Shown here: in pieces, positions 50,920 to 61,992 of the stretch
How positions within the stretch are numbered: position 1 is the first letter of the stretch
Layout: every line of letters starts with the position of its first letter
Assembly: GCA_039621445.1 (NCBI GenBank)
Contig: CP154954.1
Coordinates: 22,642,954 to 22,706,953 of the forward strand
DNA: 64,000 nt
Direction of reading: 5' to 3'
Origin: Euglena gracilis
Lineage: Eukaryota
Translations under genes and position numbers: made by a program
Notes under the pieces: model-generated
The model's database searches: none
Told to the model about the DNA's origin: nothing
What the model saw: the letters and a program-made list of their open reading frames with translations, nothing else

Positions 50920-50944
50920 CGAAAAAAAATAGACACTCAGAAAG
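50920..50944 (-). other. Euglena-type spliced-leader exon (nt 2-26)
   Basis: CTTTCTGAGTGTCTATTTTTTTTCG matches the Euglena SL exon as I recall it (ACTTTCTGAGTGTCTATTTTTTTTCG); not followed by an SL-intron GT. Confidence 0.9.
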
Positions 50945-51084
50945 GATCACCAATTTAGGTATCTCCCATAACCCGCGAATATTTCGCGGGTATTTGTGAA
51001 CACCAAAATGCGCAGGTCACCCTCCTGCGCATTAAAGTGAATACAATTAAAGTGCACGCGCATTAATTTGCAGACCGGTACCTC

Positions 51085-52358
51085 AATCGCATGTGCAATT
51101 CACCTTGCTTCGTTTTTGTTTATCTGCTTGCAAAGTGAATGACCTCTTGCGCGCCTGCAAAATCACCTCTGCAACAGCGGCATGCAAGACATTGTCGGGA
51201 ATTATTCGGGAAACATTCAGTGGCATGGTCGGCTCCCCTTGCACTCCAGAAGAATGGTTGCAAGTTTCCCTGGCCATCAGATGCGGTGGACTGGGGATCT
51301 CGGATCCACTATTTCAACGTGTGCCAGCCAGATTGTCTCAAGTGGTGGACTTCTGTCGAAGAGCTCCCTCTGTCTTGGGCCTGCCCGCTGCCCTGGACAT
51401 CCTTCCCAAAGACACTGATGATTGTTTACGGGCAGCCCTCAATGAACTTGGTCAAATAGCCCCACTGCCACAATGGGCCACTGACAAAAATTTGATCCCT
51501 CAGGCACAGTCTCCACACAATTCACAACGTTGGTGGAATCAGCAGAGCATGCTTGCCCGCCAGAAAACACTTCGGGACACATTGAATGGACCTGATGCTG
51601 TACGCTTTGCAAGCCAATGCCAACCACACGCTATGGCATGGGCCGCTTTGACACCATCTCAAGGACTCCGCACCCTGTTGCCCACGGCTGAATTCCGCTG
51701 CACACTTCGTTGGTCCCTTGGAATGACTCTCACACCAATGGAATCCGATCCCAACCTCTGTCCCAAATGCTTTGGACAATCACATTTTCTCGGACACCAC
51801 CTCGTTTGCTGCAAATCAAACTTCATCACCCGGCGGCACGGGGCGGTACAAGATTTTCTGACAACCACAACACAGAAGGCAGGATTTACCGCCCGTAAAG
51901 AACAACGAGCTGATGACCGTTCCCGGCCTGGGGATATCTTCATTCCTCGCTTGGACAGTGATGGACCCGTTGCAGTGGATGTGACAATCCGCCACACCCT
52001 TGCGCAAAGTCATCCGCTGCGAAGTGCAGAGAGCCTTTCACAATGGCAAACACGTCAAGAGGCCGAAAAGCATGCCAAATATGATACAACATGCCAACGA
52101 CTGGGCTGGCGGTTGACGCCATTCGTCATGGATTGCTATGGGGGCATGGGACAAGAAGCGCGCTCCTTGATGGCCACCCTCCTCAAGGCCCTTCTGGGGC
52201 AGCGGGAAGGGTGGCAGCGGCGGGCCGCAGAAGCAGACATTTGGCAAGGCCTGTCCTTCACACTTATCAGAGAAATCAGCAGACAGCTCGTTTGGAGCTT
52301 GTATTCTTCCAAAGATGAGATCACCCTGTCTTCTGCCCACTCACCCTATTCTGTCTGA
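51085..52358 (+). pseudogene. 5'-truncated CRE-like copy (RT thumb plus REL), head-to-head with the full-length copy
   Basis: QFTLLRFCLSACKVNDL, GGLGI, CPKC...HLVCC, RRH, RPGDI, VDVT, EAEKHAKY, PFVMDCYGGMG; open 421-aa frame. Confidence 0.88.
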
Positions 52359-53931
52359 AGGCCTTTGAGCACAAACTCTGAACCAAATAACCAACCTTGA
52401 ACTCTCACCTGCCAAGTTTTTAACCCGTAGTTATCCCCTGAGCTGAGCAGAGCCACACGCCGAGCCAAAGACAAATCCATGGATCACATACACACACAGA
52501 GAAGCAAAACACAACAAAAGCCAAAACCCGACACAAACACGCCATCCGGTGGCAAAAGCGGTACACACGCCCCCCTCCCCGCCCAATATATATTGAAGGT
52601 GACCTTTGCTCATCTTCCGCTAACCACTGACCTCCACAACAAGTTCACAACAAGTTCACTCAGCTCCTTTGTACATTACACCCACAGTATAATCTACCCG
52701 CGACCTGTGGCGGCACAGGGAGTCACAAGGGGGTTCCTCTTGTGGCGAGGGCCAAAAGAGACGTTTCCCTGGGCCCGGGGCACGGTTTGGGTGAAGCTGT
52801 GCTACCCACCGTGTTGAAGTGTGTTTGTCCGTTCAATCTAGCTTTAAACGTTTAAAACGTATTAAACTCTTCCGGGATGTTTAAATTCCATCCCTGTTGG
52901 CAACCACAGCCGTAGTTGAGTGGTGTGGAGCAACGGAGGCTAGGCAGTCAAGTCCAACCCCCCTCCTCCCCCTGTCTGGTTCAGTTCGGACCTCGATAGG
53001 GGGGTCCCGCAGGACCCGCCTAGGCTCCACCGTTGTTTTTTGTTATTCCAGCCCTCGGCACCAGGCAACAAAAGTGCGGCAGTGTGCTCTATGTAAGATC
53101 CAACCCCCGACCCATGTTTTCATGTGTTTTAAAAGAATGCTTCATTCCACGCAGCTCATGGATGGATTTTTCTTATACAAAGAAGTCAGTAAATCCACCA
53201 TGGGCATTGTTGTGTGCACCAATTGGCATCGGTTGCCTTGTGTTGAATTATTTTCTCACAATCGACATCCATGTTCCTTCGTTTGCCAAACAGCAAATTG
53301 TGGTATATCTCTCAATCTCCAAGCATTTGTGATTGTTTTTGTTTCAAAAGACCCGTGTACCGGCCAGGCCGCATCCCAGGGCAAGGGCATCGGGACATTA
53401 AATCCAGCAAATACCATGCCACCCCCCCTCCAATTTATCTCTGTCCCCCGGAACCCTTTACAGCCCAATGGGAACAACACGGGAGGGGGACAGCGATACC
53501 TTTTTTTTGTTTTTTGGACGTTTCAAATATCTTTTTTTGGCAGATGTGCTTGAAATTTACCATTTTTTTTCAAAGTCAATTTTGAGCACTTTTGGAACGT
53601 TCTTCATGAACAGCACCATGATGTGCTGTTCATCATCACAGCTGCCGATGATGAACAGCACATCATGTTGCTGTTCATCAGCAACATGAACAGCTTTGGA
53701 AAAAAAAGGTCAATTTCAAGCACTTTTGGGAACGTTCTTCATGAAAGAACAGCACCATGGCAGTGAACCATTTCTGTCCCACCTCACGCGTTACCCCGCA
53801 TGAGGAAAAAATGTGCACCATTCATAGGTGTTCTTGGGGGGACCTGTGAATGTTAACCGTCCCACCGTTTGAAACTGTGTGCCCTTGGGGGTCCCTGTGG
53901 GCCCCAGGATATTAGAGTGGGGGGTACTGGC

Positions 53932-54099
53932 CAAGGTTCCCATTTTTTTTGAAAACAAAGCAAAAACACTTTCATGAATAAAAAACGGTTTAAAAACGTT
54001 TTTTTTTGTTTTTAAAAAGGGTGTTTTTTTAATTAAAACACAACAAATAGGAAAAAACCTGTTTTAAACAACTTGTTTAAAAACGGCCCGGGAACCTTG
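53932..54099. mobile_element. 168-bp AT-rich MITE with 8-bp TSD
   Basis: TIR CAAGGTTCCC / GGGAACCTTG; TSD GTACTGGC at 53924-53931 and 54100-54107. Confidence 0.88.
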
Positions 54100-54700
54100 G
54101 TACTGGCTTGTTGATCGACTGGTAGATCGTCCGGCCAGTTTGTCGATCGACCACTCGATCAATTAGCAACTCCAATGAAAGCGCGACGCACTTTTCAACA
54201 AAGCGCAACAGGGTTTACACATGTAATGTGGTAATGCGGAACAACACATTTACCACAAGGGATGCTTTTATTTTGGCACCCTCCGAACAGTTGCAGGCCG
54301 GGGGGGGGGCCTTCGGGCAAGACCGTCCAATTTCAGCAGAAAGGGCCCCAGAAAACCTCCAAAAAACGTCTGTTTCGAAAAATTTGAAATTTGCCGGATA
54401 ACGAAAAGTCATGACCAATCCAACTGTGCACAAAAAATTGACCAGTTTTGTTTCGGTAAAAAAAATTGGGGGGTTGGGGTCCTCGAGCCCCCCCCCCCTC
54501 CCCTAATTGTCCCCTGTTTGGCTAATTAGGGGTCCGAAGGGGCGCAAGGCGGTAGACTGGGGGGGGGGGGTAGTGGGTAGTCGGCCGACTAGTCGGCCGA
54601 CTACCCAATTGGTCCACCGACTAGTCCTAGTCGGTAGCTAGTCGGTGAGACAGGGGGGGGGGTAGTGGGTAGTCGGCCAACTAGTCGGCCGACTACCCAC

Positions 54701-55896
54701 TCTAATGTACTAACGGGTCAAAACCGCCGACTTTTAAGCCCCCCCCCCCATGAACAAAATCCAATGCAAACTAGTCGGTGGCTAGTCGGCGGTCATAAAA
54801 ATGGTCTGTGGCGGGCCCAAATCACCCGGAAATGGTCCGGATGGGTCCAAATAAGTGTCTTACGCCTAAATAAACACCCCCAGATGGAAATCTTTGGTCA
54901 GTGGGGGGTCGGTGGGCCCTTGATGGGGGTCCGGAGGGGTAAAAAACCAATGATGAAACAGGGATTACATTAAAATCCTTTAGAAATGCAATCTGCAATC
55001 TGCAATCTGCATCACGAGAGGCAGAAAACTCCCCCCTCCACCCCAATCCGAGACTCAAATAACAAAATCCCTTCTGTGTTGGCAACATACTCGGGGGCTA
55101 AGTCGTTTTGTGGCTCACTTTGGCATAGGCGGGGGGGGCTCCGCCCCCCCCGCACCCCCCCCTCAAATAACAAAATCCCTTCTGTGTTGGCAACATACTC
55201 GGGGGCTAAATCGTTTTTGTGGCTCACATTGGCATAGGCGGGGGGGGCTCCGCCCCCCCGCACCCCCCCTCAAATAACAAAATTCCTTCTGTGTTGGCAA
55301 CATACTCGGGGGCTAAGTTGTTTTTTTGGCCCACTTTGGCATAGGCGGGGGGGGCTCCCCCCCCCCCCCCCGGCACCCCCCCCTCAAATAACAAAATCCC
55401 TTCTCTGTTGGCAACATATTCGGGGGCTAAGTCGTTTTTGTGGCTCACTTTGGCATAGGCGGGGGGGGGGGCTCCGCCCCCCCCCCCGCACCCCCCCCCT
55501 CAAATAACAAAATCCCTTCTGGGTTGGCAACATACTCGGGGGCTAAGTCGTTTTTGTGGCTTACTTTGGCATAGGCGGGGGGGGGTCCCGCCCCCCCGCA
55601 CCCCCCCCCTCAAATAACAAAATCCCTTCTATGTTGGCTATAGACTTGGAGGGATAAGACGCTTTTTTTGTGCAAATTTTGACTTATATTGAAAATTCAA
55701 TGGGGAGAGGTGTACTTTTGTCAAAAGTGGCCCAAAATGGACATTTTCCCCTAATTTTTTTTGCATATTCACCCCCGATTGGGGGGTTCTGGAGCCATTT
55801 GGGTGGGTTTTGACCGGCTTTGAGGTGATTTAGACATTTTTTTTTACCAGGGGGGGGGCTTAAAAGTCGGCGGTTTTGACCCGTTAGTACATTAGA
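54701..55896. mobile_element. Non-autonomous TIR element (~47-bp TIR), superfamily unclear
   Basis: TCTAATGTACTAACGGGTCAAAACCGCCGACTTTTAAGCCCC and its reverse complement; no clear TSD. Confidence 0.75.
55054..55660. repeat. ~110-bp minisatellite, five units plus a partial unit
   Basis: CTCAAATAACAAAATCCCTTCTGTGTTGGCAACATACTCGGGGGCTAAG... with a G-tract/C-tract hairpin per unit. Confidence 0.92.
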
Positions 55897-56624
55897 CCCC
55901 CCCCCCCCGCCCGGGCTCCTTCGGACAGTGCCAAACGGTAGACTGGGGGGGGGGGGTAGTGGGTAGTCGGCCGACTAGTCGGCCGACTACCCAATTGGTC
56001 CACCGACTAGTCGGCCGACTAATTGGTCGGTGGCTAGTCGGCGGGGGGGTAGTGGGTAGTCGGCCGACTAGTCGGCCGACTACCCACGTGAGGGTAGTTC
56101 GACTGGCCAACTGGCCAGTTGATTGGCTAGTGGATCAACTAGCCTGTACCCCCTCCCACTCTAAGGTTGAGCCTCCCCATGAATGTTTTGAACTTTTGCT
56201 GATTTGCTTGTGAGATTCTGCGGTCCAGATGCACATCAGATATCAATCGAAAGGTCACGGCAAGACATTCTGAATGATTGCCTCAGAACTCACCCACACT
56301 GACTATGAATGGCGGTTCCAGGCAGCCAATTGGGGGGGAGGGGGCTAATTGTCCTCCCCCCCCAACAGGACAGAGGGGGGTCTAGGCCACCAAAGGTCAG
56401 CCAAATAGTTGGGGGGTTTCACAGAATTGTAGGTTGTCAGTGTGGAGGTAGGTGGCAGGGGGGGATTGATTTTCTACATCGAGAACTGTGTCCAAGACAC
56501 CGGTTCGGGCGTGAACCCAGGACACCGGTTCGGTCCTAGTCACCGGGTTCACGCCCGAACCGGTCTTGCACAGTTTTTAAAACCGTTAACCGTTCACGGG
56601 CTTCCCCACGTGAGGAAACGGGGT

Positions 56625-56660
56625 GCGTTCACGGGTACGCACTACGGCACCCGTGAACGG
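56625..56660 (+). other. Putative recombination site X-left (14-8-14)
   Basis: GCGTTCACGGGTAC-GCACTACG-GCACCCGTGAACGG. Confidence 0.65.
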
Positions 56661-56690
56661 ACCCCGTTTTCACATATGCGCACCCGTGGT

Positions 56691-56725
56691 CGGTTCACGG
56701 GTGCACAGACGGCAGCCGTGGACGG
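56691..56725 (+). other. Putative recombination site Y-left (14-7-14)
   Basis: CGGTTCACGGGTGC-ACAGACG-GCAGCCGTGGACGG. Confidence 0.55.
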
Positions 56726-56928
56726 AATTTTGCCTTTAAAAAAGGGAAAACATTTACGCAGTAGGGAAGAGGATTTGAAACAAATGGCGAACCTGGTGAA
56801 CTTGAGGGGTGGGGGCAGGAATGCAAGAGGTGGCATAGGGAACTGACACGCGGCAAACTAAATTTCGGTGCGAGGCACATGCTCGCGATGCCTTTCGGCA
56901 TGGTCAGAGGAACAACAGGACGGATAAC

Positions 56929-58109
56929 TCAACGACAACCCTGACAAATCCACGCTTTTTTCGGCGCGCGACGCAGCTCAGCACACACAAAATGATACGT
57001 CTCGCCACAAACGGAGCAACGAACACTTTTGGCTGCACCCACATCCGTGTCACTAAAAGCACGCACACAACACCGTGGGCACAACGGAGTAGAGGACGGG
57101 GGTGCGGGTGGGAAAACGGAAGGGACAGCAGACAGAATTTGGATAACGGTGGCGCCTTCCGGCGCCGGGTCTGCGTGCCAGTTCAAGTACGCCGACCACC
57201 TCGCCGCATTCCTGGAGGAGCTGGCGCAGTCGTCCCCACTGTTTACCAGCCGTGACATGGCACTTCTTCGGGCCAAGTCCTTGAAGGTCACCGGTCTGGA
57301 TAAAACCCTGGACACCCACTTTCCGATGCCGCAAAAATATTCACCCGAAATTGGGGTTGGCGGCAGGGTCCAGGCGTTCAGACTGCGCACGGAACGGAAC
57401 AAAAAATTTGGTGCACCTTCCGGCAGAGGAGCACCGTGCGCTTCCAACATGGCCACCTGTCTGTCGATTGCCTGAACGGGGCACGTACGCGGGTCATCGC
57501 CGGACGTGATCAGCAAAGAGAAAAGTTGGTGATCAACGTGATTGAGGTCTCCGGGCAAGTTTTTCATTGTGCCCACGACGATGCTGTACGATTTTCGCCC
57601 GTCCATAATTTGCGGCTTGAAACTTTCGACCACCAACCGACGAAGAACCTCCCCTCGGTATCCGGTGGTGTACCCCAACAAAAGTACATTCCTCCTTTGG
57701 ACCCAAAATGGTGTGTTCCCTTCGGCAGCCTTCAAAACTGCGAGCAACTCGTCCGCCTGCAAAACTGTGTTTGTCAACCCACCCTTGGCCTCCATTGCCT
57801 TTTTGGCCCTTTCGTGCGTGACGAGTGGCTTCATTAACGCATTGAACTGCGGGAACTGGGACACAGACGATGGTACAATGATGGCATAAACGGGAGCCAA
57901 TGCCTTGTAAATGTTGCTTACAGCATTTACATAGGTCCGAAAACTGGACACTGGCATGGAGCGAAGGCGCCCATCTTTTCCAGACTGCCTAAAAGGGCAT
58001 CCACTCCAGCAGCTCCTAGGGAGCTGGCACCACGTAAAACAGCCAGAAATTCATCTACGTTGGGGGGGCGGGGCATCTGTGCTTCCATCATGTTGGCAAA
58101 ACGCTTCAT
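56929..58109 (-). CDS. Crypton-like tyrosine recombinase with C-terminal PHD finger (one frameshift near 57960)
   Basis: TGYRGE (R), TMKN (K), CPV, FLFR, TFKDLARRS (HxxR position); PHD CPRC...CSVC...YHFVC...WICQGC. Confidence 0.75.
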
Positions 58110-58209
58110 CGGACTGTGGGGAAAAGCAGCAGACAGACAGAAACACAAATGTTAAAAACCCCAAAAAATTCAAATTCCGATCACGGGTAACACCTTGCGC
58201 AACCGTGGT

Positions 58210-58244
58210 CGGTTCACGGGTGCACGCACGGCAGCCGTGGACGG
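58210..58244 (+). other. Putative recombination site Y-right (14-7-14)
   Basis: CGGTTCACGGGTGC-ACGCACG-GCAGCCGTGGACGG. Confidence 0.55.
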
Positions 58245-58249
58245 AAATT

Positions 58250-58285
58250 CCGTTCACGGGTGCGCACTACGGCACCCGTGAACGG
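58250..58285 (+). other. Putative recombination site X-right (perfect 14-8-14)
   Basis: CCGTTCACGGGTGC-GCACTACG-GCACCCGTGAACGG. Confidence 0.7.
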
Positions 58286-58619
58286 CCAAAGTTCACCCGT
58301 GAACGCCAAAAACGAGATTTTTGACCCCCTAGGCATCTCGTTAGGAAGCGCTTGCCTACTGCGAGGAAGCCCGTGAACTTGGTTAACGGTTTTAAGACAA
58401 AAGCGGGGTCCGATCTGCAAAGCAAAGGGCTGTAGGGTAACAACAACAATCCACTCGCTTGGTCTCTTATGTCTTTGTGTTCACACACACACACTCTATA
58501 TACAACACACAGGTGGTTTGTCGCGATGATGCATCAGCGTAGGAACAAACTTGCCTGCTTTTGTGTGGGGAAGCGTTGCTTCCAAAGAAAGAAGCTGTAG
58601 AACGTGGAGGGTCGATTGA

Positions 58620-58657
<38 letters not shown>

Positions 58658-58761
58658 ATTCGGTATCAGCAGATCTCGCGATCATAGATCGCTCGATCTG
58701 CAAAGCAAAGGGCTGTAGGGTAACAACAACAATCCACTCGCCCCTCTGGATTGTGTGTGCA

Positions 58762-59150
58762 TTAAGGCTGTAGGGTGCCAATGAGTTGTAGCTGGGCCGA
58801 TTGGTGGCATAATTGTTCCCAGAGGGCGTGCGCGGCGGCGACGGCCTGGATTACTTGAGGGGGGGAGGTGGGGATGGTGCGGGACAGGGGGTCCGCTGGT
58901 TGTAGATGTGTGGGGCAGTGAAGCACGTGGACCTGTAAACGAGACCATAAACACCGGTTTAAGATTCTGCGCGCCATGATGGATAGTTGTTTGTTGGAAA
59001 GGGCGGGTCGTAAGTGTGTGGCCAGCCAACAGGTGCCCAGGTTTTGTCCACGATTATGTCAGAGCCCCCACAACCCAAAAGGGCGGCAACAAGACGATTT
59101 GTTGTGCTCGAAAGCAATGCCGAAAAAGCCCCTGGCGTGTCTGTTGTGCC
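58762..59150 (-). pseudogene. RNase H C-terminal part
   Basis: IIVD...NLGTCWLATHLRP...LQVHVLHCPTHLQPADPLSR across one frameshift. Confidence 0.65.
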
Positions 59151-60549
59151 GACGCAGCAGCCCTCCCTGCCCCGAGGGGGCAGCCGTCTGCCGAACAAGC
59201 ACAGAAGATGAAACAAGAAAAAGCCAGAAATCTACGTGGGGGCAAGGGGAAATACAGGTGAAAGGGAGGGGGTGAAGGAATATACAAAAAAAATACCAAA
59301 TAGACAAAACGGGACTGCAAGATGGAGGTTCGGGGGCAGAACGAAGAAACCAGGAAAAGCACAACGTAAGAGGAAGTCCAGGGAGGCCCCTGAAAAAAAC
59401 AGACAGAGCGAGGTGGTGCACTCAAGGAGTCAAACAGAGCACAGAGCTAACGTCAATCAGTTACAACAGCAGGGGTGCAGCCACGAAAAACGCGTAAAAG
59501 CACGGAAAAGAATGGAGAGGCAGAGAAGAGCAGCTACAAGGAGAGGAAGCCCGTAAACAACGTGAAGAAACGACAGACAAAAAAGCCGCATGATCACGAA
59601 TTGGTGAAAGTAAAAGGAGCGAGACAAGGGCGGCCCCAAAAAATCACTATGGGATGGGAGCGACATGAAACGAGCCGAAGAAAGGAGGGGTCGGCATGAA
59701 AAAGAGAAAGGAAGGCTAAGGACAAAGAGAAGCTGTGAAAACAGGGAGGTGGAAGCAAGGCATTCGAAACAGAGAGGGCTCCCCGGTGGAGTAAATAAAA
59801 AATGGAGTAACAGCAGAACAGCCTGACAAGAGGCACACTACAAAACAAAGGTGTGGTGGACAGGCATAAAGAATAGGAAAGAGCATCGGCTCTGAGGAAA
59901 GGTGGAAAGGAGACCTTTGCTGCCAGTACCCAAAGAGTAACAAATGAGGCGAGGCGAGCAAGCTGATAGTAGAAGGAAAGGTAAAGAGGGAGGGTAAAAA
60001 ACGAGTTGAAGTTGTGCGAAATGAAGGCATTAACGGCTGAAGGGAGAGCGTAGGCCGGTCCTAAAGCAACAGTGCCTTGGGCCGGGCTGGGGGATGGTTT
60101 GATCGGAGAAAGAGGAAGCTTTATAACGAACGGAATGGCCTGGTTTCTGTTTGGCCACGCAGACACACACACTGAGTAGGAGGGGGTGGATCTGGCATGA
60201 AAGAAGCGAAAGCCCATTGAACACAGGAAGGGACGGTGAGGATAGAACACTCGAACTCGTCACATAGAGGTCTACGTGGACCTGTTAAACGAACATACAA
60301 CACGGGTCTTAACTCGCCCCATTGTGTTATTCTGTTTTCCGCGCTTTCCAATAATCGTGCACCCCACACACACAATACCACCCTTTCTTGATGGGAGAAG
60401 AACCATAACCTGGCATCAGGCATCATTCACGTTTTTACTCGCCAGGCCCACCCCCCACTTTTCCCGTTATTGTGCCACCGCTGAACACTCACCCCCCCAG
60501 CGCGTGGACCTCCTTAATGGCCCCCGTCCTCTAAAAAAGCCCCCCTGAA

Positions 60550-61900
60550 TGCAAGAGAGTCCAATGAATAACCCCTTGATGCATGCTGCATCACCCAACA
60601 AATAACGGGAGTGAAGAAGGGGGCTGGGAGGATGGATCGGATACGGTCGTAGGCCCGCCAAGGGTTACAAGCCAACACTGTGAGGTCCAAAATAGCCAGG
60701 GTCATGCCAGGGGTCGGTCTGCTGCGGAATCGGGGACCATGCCACTTATGCATGTACCAGGAACGAAGTAAGGTGGTGACGCCTGTCAAGGGTCTGGTAG
60801 CCCACAAGGCGTGCCCACAAATGACGTCAATACGTTTGGGGAAGACGGGGGAGTGGGAAATGAGAATATGGCGTGCGATGAGATTCTGGAGGGTGGCCTG
60901 GGTGTTAGCGATGGTGCGGGCTTTGAGGTCAAAAACTTTTCCAACCCATGTGATGCTCTGTGTGGGTTGGAGAGTGGATTTCTGTGAGATGATCAGTTGT
61001 TGTCCACGGAGGAAAGCGCAGAACCATTGGGTCACAATTTGGGTGAACTGTTCGCCGACACACAAAAGGAGTATGTCGTCGTAGTAAACAAAGATCCAGA
61101 ATGTGCAATGTGGGCGGTCACGAAAGGGGGCGGCCTGTATTCCTTGATGTAATAGGTCCTCCAGAGAGCGTTGGGCTAAGACGGGGCTTAAGTTCCAGCC
61201 AAACGGTGGGGAGTCAAAGGCGAACCCTGTGGTCCGGAACAGGTTGCGGGCATGGTCGGGCAAGCGTAAGCTCCAGAAGAAGTTTGTTAAATCCAGCGTG
61301 GTCCCCCACAAAACCTCCGGTGGGTGTGAGGCCAAAATGCGGGCAATGGAGCGTGTGGTGGGTAACGCGAAATGGGGTATGGGTTGTGGGCTGAGTGTGT
61401 TGATTCCCCGCAAGTCGGCGATGAAGGCGGCTTTTTCCGCAGATTTTGGTCGCAAGAAGACCGAGAGGTTATCAGCGGAGCACCCGTCAGCAGGGGATAC
61501 AGGGTGTAGGAAACCATCGCGGACCAAGGCATTGAGGAGAGTTCGGGTGACAGGTCCGGGCGGGCGGGCGGTTGGAATTTCCCCTTTGGGGTAAAAGCGG
61601 CTATCTGTTGCGGCAGGCCCGTTGGAATGACGGAATCCCAAATGTGTCGTGGTATGGGGTAACACCCGCGAAAGCCGAGGCCCTTTTCCGCCACGTGGTG
61701 AGTTACAAGAGCTGGAGTGTGTTCGAAAGGGTAGTACTTAATCAGTAGGAGCAACAGCCAGGTGGTGAGATGTAGGCGAAAAAGGAGGGAGAGGAAGAAG
61801 TGCAGCGTAATGTCTATACATTGGGTTTGCCGGCGTTGGAAGAAGGCGTGCATGAGGAGGGTCAAGGAGTTGAAAATCTGGGTTCGGGTGAGAGGGTGGG
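60550..61900 (-). pseudogene. Reverse transcriptase plus start of RNase H (frameshifted, truncated by a CAG-type MITE end at ~60547)
   Basis: FLRPK...FIADLRGIN, LDLTNFFWS, PFGWNLSP, YYDD, WVGK. Confidence 0.85.
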
Positions 61901-61992
61901 GCAGGGGTTGCCGTAAGATGCGGCCGGCTACACCCCATAACCGCCTGCGCAACTTAGCGGAGGTGGTGGTGCGGTTTTGCGGCCGGTCTGCA

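Larger units (their letters stand above)
43535..50944 (-). mobile_element. Full-length CRE/SLACS-like non-LTR retrotransposon, SL exon at the 5' end, short A tail
   Basis: Single long frameshifted ORF with RT and REL endonuclease; 3' UTR ends GCGCTCGATC-A6. Confidence 0.85.
54575..56085. repeat. Four copies of a 32-bp palindrome GGGTAGTCGGCCGACTAGTCGGCCGACTACCC, in two directly repeated blocks
   Basis: 54575-54606, 54667-54698 (1 mismatch), 55961-55992, 56054-56085. Confidence 0.9.
56577..58395 (-). mobile_element. Tyrosine-recombinase DNA element with TIRs and internal lox-like sites
   Basis: TTAAAACCGTTAACCGTTCACGGGCTTCC / GGAAGCCCGTGAACTTGGTTAACGGTTTTAA; single YR-PHD gene; no RT. Confidence 0.75.
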
